This document shows positions 19,434 through 29,774 of a DNA stretch of 64,000 bases, piece after piece; the stretch's first letter is position 1, and each line of letters starts with the position of its first letter. The stretch is taken from contig OY761158.1 of assembly GCA_963664405.1 (NCBI GenBank), positions 1,280,001 through 1,344,000 of the forward strand, written 5' to 3'. The translations under genes and the position numbers were made by a program. The stretch is from Thermoanaerobaculia bacterium (lineage in GTDB: Bacteria > Acidobacteriota > Thermoanaerobaculia > Multivoradales > Multivoraceae). Below the pieces are notes generated by a model that did not search any database, was not told the DNA's origin, and saw nothing but the letters and a program-made list of their open reading frames with translations.

Positions 19434-19841
19434 ATGACGACAAACGGCTACTCAACTCTCGTGCTCGCGATGAGCCTCGCCGCCTGCGCGCCAGGACCCG
19501 AAGCTGGAGACGAGCCCAAAGAGGCGGAGAGACTTTCGGGGCCGGAGCTCGACGGCACGCTTTCCAATACGGACGTGCTTCTGCTCGATGTGCGGGAGGC
19601 CCACGAGCTCCAGGACCTCGGCACTGTCGAAGGCCATCTGCATATCCCCATCGATCAACTCCCGGATCGGCTCGGCGAGCTGCCTCGAGACAAACCCATC
19701 CTCACCGCCTGAAACGGCGGTGGACGAGCCGCGCGTGCCGCGGCCTTGCTGTTGGAGAACGGATTCGAGGTGGCCGGGTTCTGCGGCCTCAGAGACTACG
19801 AAGGTCCCAGAATCTATCCGCCGGCTGGCGAAGAGCCCTGA
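19434..19841 (+). CDS. Rhodanese-domain lipoprotein, predicted selenoprotein (UGA at 19710-19712)
   Basis: LAAC lipobox, LLDVRE..E, HIP; the in-frame TGA sits at the catalytic position (ILTA-U-NGGGRA) and the frame stays open to 19841. Confidence 0.85.
19728..19744 (+). promoter_or_regulatory. Candidate SECIS hairpin
   Basis: GCCGCG-CGTGC-CGCGGC, starting 16 nt after the UGA. Confidence 0.55.
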
Positions 19842-19848
19842 GGCGATG

Positions 19849-20790
19849 CTACCGACCCGAAGTGAGGCCTAGCTCGAGGTCGAAAAAATCCTTCACTCTG
19901 TGGAGCAGTCCGATCGAGCCGAACTCACCTCCTTTGCCGTGGCCACCGCCCTCGACCGTGTAGAAGGTGTGCTCGACTCCGCCCTGGGTCAGCGCCGCAT
20001 CCAGCAGCTCGCTCTGGTTGTAAGGCACGACAGGGTCTTGGTCGCCGTGGACGATGAGAAACGGCGGATCGTCTGCGGTGACGTAGGTGATCGGATCGGC
20101 TCTGCGTACGAGATCCGGGTGATCTTGAATCGGCCCACCGATCAGCAGCGACTCCGGTGACTGCGGGTCGTCGTGAACCAACCGACTCCCTGCCGCATCC
20201 ATCTTGGTGAGAGTGGTCGGGCCGAAAAAATCGGCAACCGCCTGAACCCGGCTCGACTGATCCGGATGCCCGAGGCTCCCCTCCAACTCCTCGACTCCGC
20301 CACTGGTACCGAGAAGGGCCACCAGGTGGCCCCCGGCGGAGGGACCCCAAACGCCAATTCTGGAGGGGTCGAGATCGTACTTCTCGGCGTGGGCACGCAG
20401 CCAGCGGATCGCCGCTTTGCAATCGTGGATCTGCGCCGGAAAGGTCGCCACCCCACTCAACCGATAGCTGATGCTCGCAGACGCATAGCCGTCGGCAACC
20501 AGGGCGGCGGCAGGGTTGGCATCTCTGCTCCCATTTCGCCACCCGCCGCCGTGGATCCACACGATCAAAGGCAGCGGTTTCTCGGGCCTCTTCTCCGGGA
20601 GGTAGAGGTCGAGCTCGAGATCCTGCTCGGGGGTCTTGGCGTAGACGAGGTTCCTGAGGACGCGGGACCCAGCCGGAGCTTGGCCTTGCCGCCAGTTGGG
20701 TTGTTCAGCCGCGCCGGCCGCCGGCTGCTGCGCGGATACAGCGGGGCCGATCAACCAGACTGTAAGCAACAGGATCTTGATCATGCGCAC
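19849..20790 (-). CDS. Secreted alpha/beta hydrolase (HSL/BD-FAE-like esterase)
   Basis: HGGGW, GPSAGG, HGDQDPVVP, GGGH. Confidence 0.92.
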   Translation of the reverse strand: MRMIKILLLTVWLIGPAVSAQQPAAGAAEQPNWRQGQAPAGSRVLRNLVYAKTPEQDLELDLYLPEKRPEKPLPLIVWIHGGGWRNGSRDANPAAALVADGYASASISYRLSGVATFPAQIHDCKAAIRWLRAHAEKYDLDPSRIGVWGPSAGGHLVALLGTSGGVEELEGSLGHPDQSSRVQAVADFFGPTTLTKMDAAGSRLVHDDPQSPESLLIGGPIQDHPDLVRRADPITYVTADDPPFLIVHGDQDPVVPYNQSELLDAALTQGGVEHTFYTVEGGGHGKGGEFGSIGLLHRVKDFFDLELGLTSGR

Positions 20791-20814
20791 TCTTCCGCCT
20801 CGATGATCGCGGGA

Positions 20815-22332
20815 TCAGTTTTCGAACCCGATCGGCTCGATGTTGCAGATCGAATAGGTCACCGGCGGTCGACGACCCCATAGCGGTTCTATCGTGATCG
20901 AGCGCCAGTCTTCAATCTCCGCTTCGAGCGACGACACCACTTCGGGGTGATCTCCGGCGACGTTGTGCTGCTCACGCACATCGGTAGAAAGATCGTAGAG
21001 GAAGCCGAGGGGCTCGTCCTGATTGGGCTTGATGAGCTTCATATCGCCCTGACGCACGGCTACCGTCGGGTAGTTGCGCCATACGAAGCGGTCGCGCTGG
21101 ACTGAACCGCCCTCGAATAGCGGCAGCAGATTATGGCCGTCGAGGGTAAGGTCGGCCGGCGTGGTGCCCCCCGCCGCCGCGATCGCAGTCGGCAAGATGT
21201 CGAGACTCGACACCGGAGTATCGATCCGGGTGCCCGCTGCAATGGCTTGGGGCCAACGCATCAAATAAGGCACTCGTACCCCTCCCTCGTAGTAAGTGAG
21301 CTTGCCGCCCGAAAGCGGCTCGCAGGAACACAATCCCGGGAAATAGCCCGCACATCCGTTGTCGCCGAGAAAGACGACGAGCGTGTTCTCGGCCAGACCG
21401 TTCTGCTCGAGAGCGTCGAGGATGCGGCCGACCGCGTCGTCGAGGGCGGAGATCATCCCGAAGTAAATGCGATGGAGCTCGTTTTCCAAGTCGGGGAAAC
21501 GGTCGTAGTACTTCTGGGTGACCTGGAAGGGCGAGTGCGGGGCATTGAAAGCGGAGTAGAGAAAGAAAGGCTCGTCACTGTGTCGATTGATGAAGTCGAC
21601 CGATTTGTCACCGAAGACGTCGGTGATGTACTCCGCTACTTCATGCACCGTCTTCTCTGTCCCCTCCACAATCTGGTTGCCTCGCGTCCGGTTCGGCGGT
21701 GACAGGGGCTCTGCGCCGCGCACGAGCAGGTCGGTGCGCGGATCTTCCGGCGAGCGAGAGCGGAACTCGTCGTTCGTCGGCATCGAAAGGACGCCTTCCG
21801 AGAGCACATTGACGAAGGTCGTGGCGCCCGACAGATGACCGTAGAACTCGTCAAAGCCACGATTCGTCGGATAGTGCTCGTCCTTGAAGCCCAGATGCCA
21901 CTTGCCGACGGCGCCGGTGGCGTAGCCGGCGCGCTTCAGATGGTCCGCAAAGGTCAGCTCACCGGCGATGAGACCAACATCCGGCACCTCGGGTGAGAAG
22001 CGGGCGTTGTACTCGAAGCCGTAGCGCTGCTGGTAACGGCCGGTCATGAGAGCCGCACGCGAAGGGGAGCAGACCGGCGTTGTCACATAGCCTTGCTCGA
22101 AGATCGCACCTTCTTTACCGATGCGATCGATATTCGGTGTCGACACGCGATCTCCATAAGTCGAGATATCGGCATAGCCGAGATCGTCCGCGAGGATGAC
22201 GATGATGTTTGGTTGACGGGCCGCCTCGGGAGCCTGCGGGCTCTCCGGGCTCACCGCCCCATCATCGTCGCCGCAAGCGGTGAACAACAGGCCGATCAAA
22301 AGCAGAAAGCCGAGTACCCGTCTTCGCCTCAT
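20815..22332 (-). CDS. Sulfatase (lipoprotein)
   Basis: ADDLG, CSPSRAALMTGR, GKWHLG; FTAC lipobox. Confidence 0.95.
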   Translation of the reverse strand: MRRRRVLGFLLLIGLLFTACGDDDGAVSPESPQAPEAARQPNIIVILADDLGYADISTYGDRVSTPNIDRIGKEGAIFEQGYVTTPVCSPSRAALMTGRYQQRYGFEYNARFSPEVPDVGLIAGELTFADHLKRAGYATGAVGKWHLGFKDEHYPTNRGFDEFYGHLSGATTFVNVLSEGVLSMPTNDEFRSRSPEDPRTDLLVRGAEPLSPPNRTRGNQIVEGTEKTVHEVAEYITDVFGDKSVDFINRHSDEPFFLYSAFNAPHSPFQVTQKYYDRFPDLENELHRIYFGMISALDDAVGRILDALEQNGLAENTLVVFLGDNGCAGYFPGLCSCEPLSGGKLTYYEGGVRVPYLMRWPQAIAAGTRIDTPVSSLDILPTAIAAAGGTTPADLTLDGHNLLPLFEGGSVQRDRFVWRNYPTVAVRQGDMKLIKPNQDEPLGFLYDLSTDVREQHNVAGDHPEVVSSLEAEIEDWRSITIEPLWGRRPPVTYSICNIEPIGFEN

Positions 22333-22399
22333 ATCAACCTCCGGGAGTGCCTCGCAGTATGGCTCGGCTTGTGGTCCGTTGTAGCAGGAGATCCTACTC

Positions 22400-22770
22400 T
22401 ACCGCCCGCAAAGACCCACTAGGGATCTCCATCCAACTCTCGGAGCCACAAGTAGCAGACTAAGGGCAATCCGAGCACTGCTGCGGAAAGGACGACCTTC
22501 AGTGCCACCATCAGCGGCAACACCTGAGCCAGGCCGAGGACCAAGGTGGGCATCAGACGGTGAACGAGGAGTGGATTGGCGAGATAGACGTCTCGATAAC
22601 CGAAGTCCGGGTTGTCCCACCGCTGGCAAATCGAGAGCTGCACCATGTGTTGTGGCAAGTCGACCATGGGTAGATAGGGGCCGACCCACAGCGGCGCTAC
22701 GCTGAGCAGGCAGAGCAAGCCCAGGAGCGATGTAAAGAGCTTGCGCTCTTTAGGAGTCGTCGTCAGCGGC
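22400..22770 (-). pseudogene. Fragment of a polytopic membrane protein (P..DLPQH type)
   Basis: TM segments with PYLPMVDLPQH; stops at TAG (22419), then the reading frame is lost. Confidence 0.5.
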
Positions 22771-22776
22771 GTGCCT

Positions 22777-24240
22777 TTAGAGCTCAGGAGGACGGGTCGC
22801 TCGCGCCACGTGCTTTTCGAGTAGCTCCCGCATCCGCGCCACCGTGCCCCGCTCGCTCGGGGCCAGTGCGAGGTTGTCGAACTCTTTCGGATCATTCCAG
22901 TGATCGTAGAGCTCAGCGCCGAACTGGCCCTCCGATCCCCATTGGGTGTAACGCCAACGCTCGGTGCGAATGCTATCGCCGACGGTAGGCGGGCGCCGCG
23001 GTTTGTCACGATGAACACGGTCGAGCGTGTCGAAAGTCGTCAGGGCGGTTTCACGCACGGCAGCGGTCGGATCTCGGAGGATCGGGACCAGGCTCTTGCC
23101 CATCAAGTGCCGGGGCGGCTGCAATCCACAGAGCTCCGCCAGGGTCGGGTAGAGGTCGACCAACTCCGCCACAGACTTGGAACGAAGCCCTGCCGTCCGC
23201 CGGTGACGCGGTGAGGAGATGAACAACGGCACCCGAGCCGAGTTTTCGAACAAGGTCGTCTTCTGCCAGAGTTTGTGCTCACCCATGTGATAGCCGTGAT
23301 CCGACCAGATGACGACTACGGTGTCATCCCCGAGTCCATTCCGCTCCAGGGCGTCCAGAACCCGGCCCAGCTGGGCGTCCATGAAGCTGATCGAGGCGTA
23401 GTAGGCCTGGATCGCCTGTCGCTTCTTCTCTTCGCTCAGGTAGAGCTGGTGAGGGCGGTCGACCCACGCCGCGTAGGGCAGGTCGACGAGGTCGTCGAGC
23501 GGCTCCACCGGCAAACGGACCTGGTGCAGCGGATACATCTCGAAGTACTTGCGGGGCGCGACGTAAGGCGTGTGCGGGCGGTAGAAGCCCAGGGCGATAA
23601 AGAAGGGCTCGTCTTTGTGGTCCTCTATCAGCTTGATCGCTGCGGTAGCACCGATGCCGTCCGTCTGTTCCTCGTCGGCGCCCTCCTGTGCCATCCAGCT
23701 GAGAGTGCCACCGAGGCTGCGGGCATCGGGATCGATGGTGTAGATCTGATCTTCCTCGTCTTTGTCGCGGCCTCGCGGGTTGACGGTCTCATCCCAAGAA
23801 GCAGGGTCGTCGAGACCGGCCTCGCCGATCTGGGTCGGCACGCCATAGTGATAGATCTTGCCGACCCGGGCCACGAAGTAACCGCTGTCGCGGAACATCT
23901 GCGGCAGCGTTCTGACGCTGGGAATGGTCTCGCGGAAGCTGGGCGAGTTGTTGGCGCGCACCCCGGTCTGATCTGAATAGAGACCGGTCATCAACGAAGC
24001 GCGGCTCGGATTGCAAGCCGGATAGCTGGTGTAAGCCTGGTCGAATTGGATGCCTTGTCGGGCCAGCCGGTCGATGTTCGGAGACTTGACCAGCGGATGC
24101 CCATAAGTGCCGAGGTCGTTGTTCAGGTCGTCAGAAGCGATGAAGAGAACGTTGAGCTTCTTCTCCTGGGCAGAGGCGACCTCCTGGGTCGCGGCCCAGG
24201 AGATGAGCAGCAAGACGAGAACAAGGACGGTTCTTCGCAT
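22777..24240 (-). CDS. Sulfatase, iduronate-2-sulfatase-like
   Basis: SDDLN, CNPSRASLMTG, GKIYH, YRPHTP, SDHGY. Confidence 0.95.
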   Translation of the reverse strand: MRRTVLVLVLLLISWAATQEVASAQEKKLNVLFIASDDLNNDLGTYGHPLVKSPNIDRLARQGIQFDQAYTSYPACNPSRASLMTGLYSDQTGVRANNSPSFRETIPSVRTLPQMFRDSGYFVARVGKIYHYGVPTQIGEAGLDDPASWDETVNPRGRDKDEEDQIYTIDPDARSLGGTLSWMAQEGADEEQTDGIGATAAIKLIEDHKDEPFFIALGFYRPHTPYVAPRKYFEMYPLHQVRLPVEPLDDLVDLPYAAWVDRPHQLYLSEEKKRQAIQAYYASISFMDAQLGRVLDALERNGLGDDTVVVIWSDHGYHMGEHKLWQKTTLFENSARVPLFISSPRHRRTAGLRSKSVAELVDLYPTLAELCGLQPPRHLMGKSLVPILRDPTAAVRETALTTFDTLDRVHRDKPRRPPTVGDSIRTERWRYTQWGSEGQFGAELYDHWNDPKEFDNLALAPSERGTVARMRELLEKHVARATRPPEL

Positions 24241-24269
24241 TCCTGGCTGGAGAGACGCGGCGCCGGGAC

Positions 24270-25751
24270 TCAGGCGACGATCTGCGGAATCAGGGTGCCG
24301 TGGACATCGGTGAGTCGCATGTCGCGGCCGTTAAAGCGATAGGTGAGCTTCTTGTGGTCCATGCCCAGGAGGTGCAAGATCGTGGCGTGTAGATCATGCA
24401 CCGAGATCGGCTGCTCCTGCGCCCGATAGCCGAACTCGTCGCTGGCGCCGATCACCTGCCCGCCCTGGATCCCGGCTCCGGCCATCCACGCCGTCATCGT
24501 GCCGGGGTTGTGGTCGCGGCCAACACCTCGCTGGGAGATCGGCATGCGACCGAACTCGCCGTGCCAGAGAACGAGAGTCGAGTCGAGCAGGCCGCGAGCC
24601 TCGAGGTCGGTCAGCAGACCGGCCATGGGCAGGTCCGACTCCGCCGCATGCTGGCGGTGGTTGGGCTCGAGATTGCTGTGCGCGTCCCAGGTGTCGGTAT
24701 TCTGATTCCCCATACCGCCATGAAAAAGCTGCACGAAGCGCACTCCGCGCTCGACCAGCCGGCGCGCCATCAGGCACTGCCTGCCGAAGGGCTCGGTCAT
24801 CTTGTCGTCGAGCCCATAGAGCTTTTGCGTCGCCACCGACTCCGAAGAGGTGTCGACCGCCTCCGGAGCACACCCCTGCATACGATAAGCGAGCTCGTAG
24901 GAAGAGATGCGCGCGGCGAGCTCGGAGCTGCCGGGATACTTCTCCATGTCGAGCTCATTGAGCTTTGCCAGCGCGTTCAGACGTGCACGCTGCTCGTCGG
25001 CGGTCATGTCTTCGGGCCGCTTGAGATCGACGATCGGCTCGCCCGAGGCGCGGAAGAGAGTGCCTTGGTAGCTCGCCGGCATGAACCCCGCACTCCAGTC
25101 GTTCGGGCCGCCGAGCGGACCGCCCCGATGATCGTTCATGACCACAAAGGCCGGAAGGCTCGCACTCTCCGAGCCCAGGCCGTAGGTAACCCACGCCCCG
25201 ACACTCGGAAAGCCCATCCTCAGCGAGCCAGTCTGCATCTCGTAGGTGGCCTGAACATGGTCGTTCGAGCGTCCGTAGACCGAGCGAAGAAAGGCCATGT
25301 CGTCGACCTTGCGCGCGAGATGAGGAAAGATCTCCGAGACCTCGATGCCGCTCTCGCCGTGGCGCTTGAACTCGAAGGGGCTTGGCATCAGAGGACCGGG
25401 AAACCCCTGCCTGACGATGACGTCGCCCTCGATCTTGCCGTCGAGAGGCTCGCCGGCATACTTGGTGAGCGCCGGTTTGGGATCGAAGGTGTCGACCTGG
25501 CTGACGCCGCCGCTCATGAATAGTGAGATGACCGCCTTCGCGCGAGGGGCGAAGTGAGCCGGCTTCGGCGCGAATGGGTTGCCCACTACATCGCCCGCAC
25601 AAGGCATCGAGCCGAGCTCGGCTGCGAGCAAGCGATCGCTGCCGAGAAGATGAGCAAACGCGAGCCCCGCGATCCCGCCGCCCGACTGGAAGAGAAAGTC
25701 ACGACGAGACCAGAAGTTCTTGGCAGGCTTACCGCAAGTACAGGAACTCAT
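24270..25751 (-). CDS. DUF1501 protein with Tat signal
   Basis: SRRDFL, GGVSQVDTFDPKP, ARRLVERGVRFVQ, WDAH, GEFGR. Confidence 0.93.
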   Translation of the reverse strand: MSSCTCGKPAKNFWSRRDFLFQSGGGIAGLAFAHLLGSDRLLAAELGSMPCAGDVVGNPFAPKPAHFAPRAKAVISLFMSGGVSQVDTFDPKPALTKYAGEPLDGKIEGDVIVRQGFPGPLMPSPFEFKRHGESGIEVSEIFPHLARKVDDMAFLRSVYGRSNDHVQATYEMQTGSLRMGFPSVGAWVTYGLGSESASLPAFVVMNDHRGGPLGGPNDWSAGFMPASYQGTLFRASGEPIVDLKRPEDMTADEQRARLNALAKLNELDMEKYPGSSELAARISSYELAYRMQGCAPEAVDTSSESVATQKLYGLDDKMTEPFGRQCLMARRLVERGVRFVQLFHGGMGNQNTDTWDAHSNLEPNHRQHAAESDLPMAGLLTDLEARGLLDSTLVLWHGEFGRMPISQRGVGRDHNPGTMTAWMAGAGIQGGQVIGASDEFGYRAQEQPISVHDLHATILHLLGMDHKKLTYRFNGRDMRLTDVHGTLIPQIVA

Positions 25752-28356
25752 TGAGATTCAGCATGACATGAGCGAGGTCGATTAGCGACCCGCTGCGAAC
25801 CAGCTCTTTCGCGATCTCCGCTTCGGTCTCGGTGGGCGGCCGAGAGAGAGCGATCCGGTAGGCCAGATCGATGCGGCCCTCGTTGGTGGCTGGGGCCTCA
25901 CGCTCGAGGCGATCGGCAAAAAGCTGTGCCTGGCCCAAAACGAATGGATTGTTCAGCAGCGTCAGCGCCTGGGTGGGAACGGTAGAGACATTGCGCGCCG
26001 CCGCGGTGGCGTTGGGATCGGGAAGATCGAAGGTATCGAAAAAGGGAAGGCCCAGCGAGCGCCGTCGATAGACATACACGCTGCGGCGCCACACCGATGG
26101 GCCATCTTCGGTGTTGTTCCATTTGCCGTGAGCCTGTGAGGCAAGGATCTCTTCCGGCACATAGGGAAACACCGGCTGGCCGCCGACACTCAGATCAATG
26201 CCGCCGCTGGCCGACATGATCGCGTCGCGCACGATCTCCGCTTCGAGCCGGCGAGGCCGAAAGCGCCACAGATAGTAGTTCTCGGGGTCCTCCGCTCGGC
26301 CCGTCTCGTCGTCGTGAGCCGACGCCATCTGGTAGGCCCGGGAGGTCAGAATCAGGTGGTGCATCTGCTTGACGCTCCAGCCCTCGTCGATGAACCTCAG
26401 CGCCAACCAGTCGAGCAGCTCCGCGTGCGTCGGTGGGTCGCCCACGCTCCCGAAGTTGTCGAGAGAGGCCACGATGCCGCGACCGAAGTGATGATGCCAG
26501 ATGCGGTTGACCATGACGCGCGCGGTCAACGGGTTCTCGGCCGAAGCGAGCCACTGCGCCAGAGCCAAGCGTCGCCCCGAGGTGCGCCCGTCAGGCCGCG
26601 GGATCTCCGTTTCCGGATTGCCGTAGGTCGCTACCGTCACAAAGCCCGGCGCCATTCGCGAACCCGGGCTGCCGGGGTCGCCGCGGATCAGTAGGTAACT
26701 GGGCGGAACCTGGTAACGTCCCTGCCCTTCTTGGTAGAGAAAACTGCCGGGCTCATCCGGCGGCACGCGACAGGCGGGACAGGCGATCACGTCGTCGCCT
26801 TGACCATCCGGCGTGAAGCGGTAGTCGCCGTCGGTGACGATCTCGGCCATCGGCGGCTGCTCTGCACGCTGCTCGAGGAGGGCGGCAAGCTTCTCATTCA
26901 GAAGCGAGACTTGCGCCTTGTCAACCGCCGTGAGGGCGCGATCCACGAGCTCCGGAGGTACTACCACCGACTGCACCTGCGTAACCAGAAGAGCCTCGCC
27001 GGCGCTTCGCTGGTCTTCGCTCTTGAAGAACGCCAGCTGGACGTTCTCCGGGAACTTCTCACGAATCTGCACCGCCTGCAGCCGCTCTCGGTACGGAGCC
27101 TCGATCGCGGCAATCTGATCTCTAATCGCGTTTACCCGCTGTTCGAGGGCAGCTTTCTTCAGCCGGTATTCTTCAGCATCCTCGTCGGAGAGGAGCGGCA
27201 CCTCGGTCTCGACATAGCCGAAGATCGAGGCCTGCATGCGGTAGTAGTCGCGCTGCAGGATGGGGTCGAATTTGTGGTCGTGGCAGCGAGCGCAATGGAC
27301 GGTCAGACCGAGCACTCCCCTGCCGAGAGTAGCAATGACATCGTCAAGGTATTCGTGACGACGTTCGGGGTTGTCCTTCTCACGAAAGAGGACACGCGGC
27401 CCGGCACGCAGAAAGCCGGTGGCGATCCGGGTCTCGTGGCTGACGTCGTCGAGCTCGTCACCGGCGATCTGTTCCACGATGAAACGGTCGAAAGCTTTGT
27501 CGTTATTGAAGGCGTCGATGACGTAGTCGCGGTAGCGCCAGGCGTTGGGACGGTCGTAGTCCTGCTCGTAACCGCTCGAGTCGGCATAGCGAGCCACATC
27601 GAGCCAGTGCCGCCCCCAGCGTTCCCCGTAGTGGGGCGATGCGAGCAGCCTCTCTATCAAACGCTCCCAGGCGTCGGGCGTCGGGTCATCGACAAAGGCG
27701 GCGGTCTCTTCGGGTGTGGGCAGAAGACCAATCAGATCGAGGGTGACACGACGCACCAGAGTAGCTCTATCCGCCTCTGGCGCCGCGCTGAGACCGCGCT
27801 CCCGTCGCGCTCGCTCGAGAAAACGATCGATCGGATGCTCCAAGCCCGAGATCTCGGGCGGGACGCGCTCGGTGGGAAGCTGGAAGGCCCAATAGTCGCG
27901 GGCACCGGGTGGCAGATCGGAAGTTTCGAGGGCAGCCAGGGCATCGTCGGCCCCGGTGGCCCCGGCGCGATCCCAATGGGCACCGTCGTTGATCCAGTCG
28001 CGCACGTCGGCGATCTCGGCCGCGGTAAGGGGATCGCCCTCCATCGGCATGACCGGCTCGTCGAGACCCGCAACGTAGCGATAGAAGCGGCTGTCTTCCG
28101 CGCGTCCCGGTACGATCGCCGGGCCCCGCGTGCCGCCCTTGAGGGCATCTTCCCGAGTGCGTAGGTCGAGCTCCGAAGTCTGGGCGGCGGCGCCATGACA
28201 ATTCCAGCAGCTGCGCTCAAGGAGGGGCCGAATCTTGGCCGTAAAAGTGCGAGCGGGCTGGCTCTCAGACGCAGACTGCGCCCAAGCGCCGGTGGCGCAG
28301 AACATGAAGCCCGTAACCAGGGCTAACAGGACCGCTCGGTTGATCAACCTCGCCAC
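25729..28356 (-). CDS. Planctomycete cytochrome c / DUF1549 / DUF1553 (PSD1) protein
   Basis: CWNCH, CARCHDHKFDP, YGERWGRHWLDVARYADS, NPLTARVMVNRIW. Confidence 0.93.
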   Translation of the reverse strand: MARLINRAVLLALVTGFMFCATGAWAQSASESQPARTFTAKIRPLLERSCWNCHGAAAQTSELDLRTREDALKGGTRGPAIVPGRAEDSRFYRYVAGLDEPVMPMEGDPLTAAEIADVRDWINDGAHWDRAGATGADDALAALETSDLPPGARDYWAFQLPTERVPPEISGLEHPIDRFLERARRERGLSAAPEADRATLVRRVTLDLIGLLPTPEETAAFVDDPTPDAWERLIERLLASPHYGERWGRHWLDVARYADSSGYEQDYDRPNAWRYRDYVIDAFNNDKAFDRFIVEQIAGDELDDVSHETRIATGFLRAGPRVLFREKDNPERRHEYLDDVIATLGRGVLGLTVHCARCHDHKFDPILQRDYYRMQASIFGYVETEVPLLSDEDAEEYRLKKAALEQRVNAIRDQIAAIEAPYRERLQAVQIREKFPENVQLAFFKSEDQRSAGEALLVTQVQSVVVPPELVDRALTAVDKAQVSLLNEKLAALLEQRAEQPPMAEIVTDGDYRFTPDGQGDDVIACPACRVPPDEPGSFLYQEGQGRYQVPPSYLLIRGDPGSPGSRMAPGFVTVATYGNPETEIPRPDGRTSGRRLALAQWLASAENPLTARVMVNRIWHHHFGRGIVASLDNFGSVGDPPTHAELLDWLALRFIDEGWSVKQMHHLILTSRAYQMASAHDDETGRAEDPENYYLWRFRPRRLEAEIVRDAIMSASGGIDLSVGGQPVFPYVPEEILASQAHGKWNNTEDGPSVWRRSVYVYRRRSLGLPFFDTFDLPDPNATAAARNVSTVPTQALTLLNNPFVLGQAQLFADRLEREAPATNEGRIDLAYRIALSRPPTETEAEIAKELVRSGSLIDLAHVMLNLNEFLYLR

Positions 28357-28480
28357 GACCTCCTCTGGGGAGCCGTAGATGTCGCAACATCTAGGATAAC
28401 GCCCCAATTGTAATGTACCCGGGAATCGAGTGCAGACCTCGCCCGTGCGCGCTTGGCCTTGCGAGCGCTAAACTGAGCGC

Positions 28481-29746
28481 ATGCGGGTTCACCTTGCCTA
28501 TGGAGAGGAGGGTCTCGACCTCGAAGTGCCTGACCACACAACCGTCGTGGTGCCGAGCCATGAGAGCGCACATCCACATCCCCACGGCGCTCTTCTCGAC
28601 GCCCTGCGGCAGCCGATCGGGATTCCCTCGCTGCGCCAACTGGCGCGCCCCGGGCAGAGTGTTGCGATCTCGGTCTGCGACATCACTCGAGCCCAACCCC
28701 GGGAGGCGATGCTCGAAGCGATCTTCGAAGAGCTCGACGGCGTCATTGCCGAGGAAGACAGCACCATCCTCATCGCGACCGGAACTCACCGCACCAACAC
28801 TCCCGAGGAGCTGGGCGCCATGCTCGGCAAGGCGGCCAATCGCTGCCGCGTCGTCAACCACGTTGCTCGCGACCGAGACTCGCTGGTCGATCTGGGTCGT
28901 GTCGGAGCCGGCGTTCCGCTCTTTCTAAACCGCGAGTGGGTCGAGGCGGATCTCAAGATCACGACCGGCTTCGTCGAGCCGCACTTCTTCGCCGGCTTCA
29001 GCGGCGGACCCAAGATGGTGGCACCCGGATTGGCCGGCCTCGACACGGTCCTGGTGCTCCACGATGCCAAGCGGGTCGGTCACGCGAAATCGACCTGGGG
29101 AGTCATCGACGACAACCCACTCCATCGCGACATCCGCGCCTGTGCGGCTCACGCCGGCGCCAAGCCGGACTTCTCGCTCGACGTCCTGCTCAATCAGGAG
29201 CATCGAATCACTCGAGTCTTCGCCGGCGAGCTCTTCGCCATGCACCGAGTCGCCTGCGCAGCGGCGCTCGAAGCCGCGATGCACCAAGTGCCCGCCGCCT
29301 TCGACGTCGTACTGACGACGAACTCCGGCTATCCGCTCGACCAAAACCTCTACCAGGCGGTCAAAGGAATGTCGGCAGCCGCGAAAGTCGTCGCGCCCGG
29401 TGGAACGATCATCTGTGCCGCCGAGTGCCGCGACGGATTGCCCGAGCACGGGCGCTACGCGGAGACCCTGCGCAGCGGAGCCTCGATCCGGGATCTCCTG
29501 GACGAGATCGAGAGTCGGCCCAAAGCGATTGCCGATCAGTGGCAGGTCCAGGTACAGGCCCTGATTCAGGGCAAGGCCGACGTGCTCGTTCACGCTGGAG
29601 GGCTCGATCGGAGCCAGATCGAGGAAGCCCACTTCCAGGCCGCGCCGGATCTCGAGGCCGCGGTGAGAGAGTCTCTCGAAAAGGCCGGCCCGAACGGAAC
29701 TCTATGCGTTCTGCCCGAAGGGCCGCAGACGATCCCTTTTCTCTGA
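28481..29746 (+). CDS. larA: Nickel-pincer-dependent lactate racemase family protein
   Basis: DITR, ATGTHR, VNH, EPHFFAGFSGGPK, DQNLYQAVKG. Confidence 0.9.
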   Translation: MRVHLAYGEEGLDLEVPDHTTVVVPSHESAHPHPHGALLDALRQPIGIPSLRQLARPGQSVAISVCDITRAQPREAMLEAIFEELDGVIAEEDSTILIATGTHRTNTPEELGAMLGKAANRCRVVNHVARDRDSLVDLGRVGAGVPLFLNREWVEADLKITTGFVEPHFFAGFSGGPKMVAPGLAGLDTVLVLHDAKRVGHAKSTWGVIDDNPLHRDIRACAAHAGAKPDFSLDVLLNQEHRITRVFAGELFAMHRVACAAALEAAMHQVPAAFDVVLTTNSGYPLDQNLYQAVKGMSAAAKVVAPGGTIICAAECRDGLPEHGRYAETLRSGASIRDLLDEIESRPKAIADQWQVQVQALIQGKADVLVHAGGLDRSQIEEAHFQAAPDLEAAVRESLEKAGPNGTLCVLPEGPQTIPFL

Positions 29747-29774
29747 GCGCCTAGACAGCGGGCGCGCGACGACC

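Noticed and set aside
22419-22421. TAG read-through (pyrrolysine) in the membrane-protein fragment
   Set aside because: The frame degenerates a few codons later and there is no pyl context; more likely a TGG-to-TAG change in a pseudogene
24396-28164. Long antisense ORFs (e.g. 24396-25523, 26731-28164; similarly 3363-4388, 58865-59971)
   Set aside because: Shadow ORFs opposite well-supported genes in high-GC DNA, with no motifs
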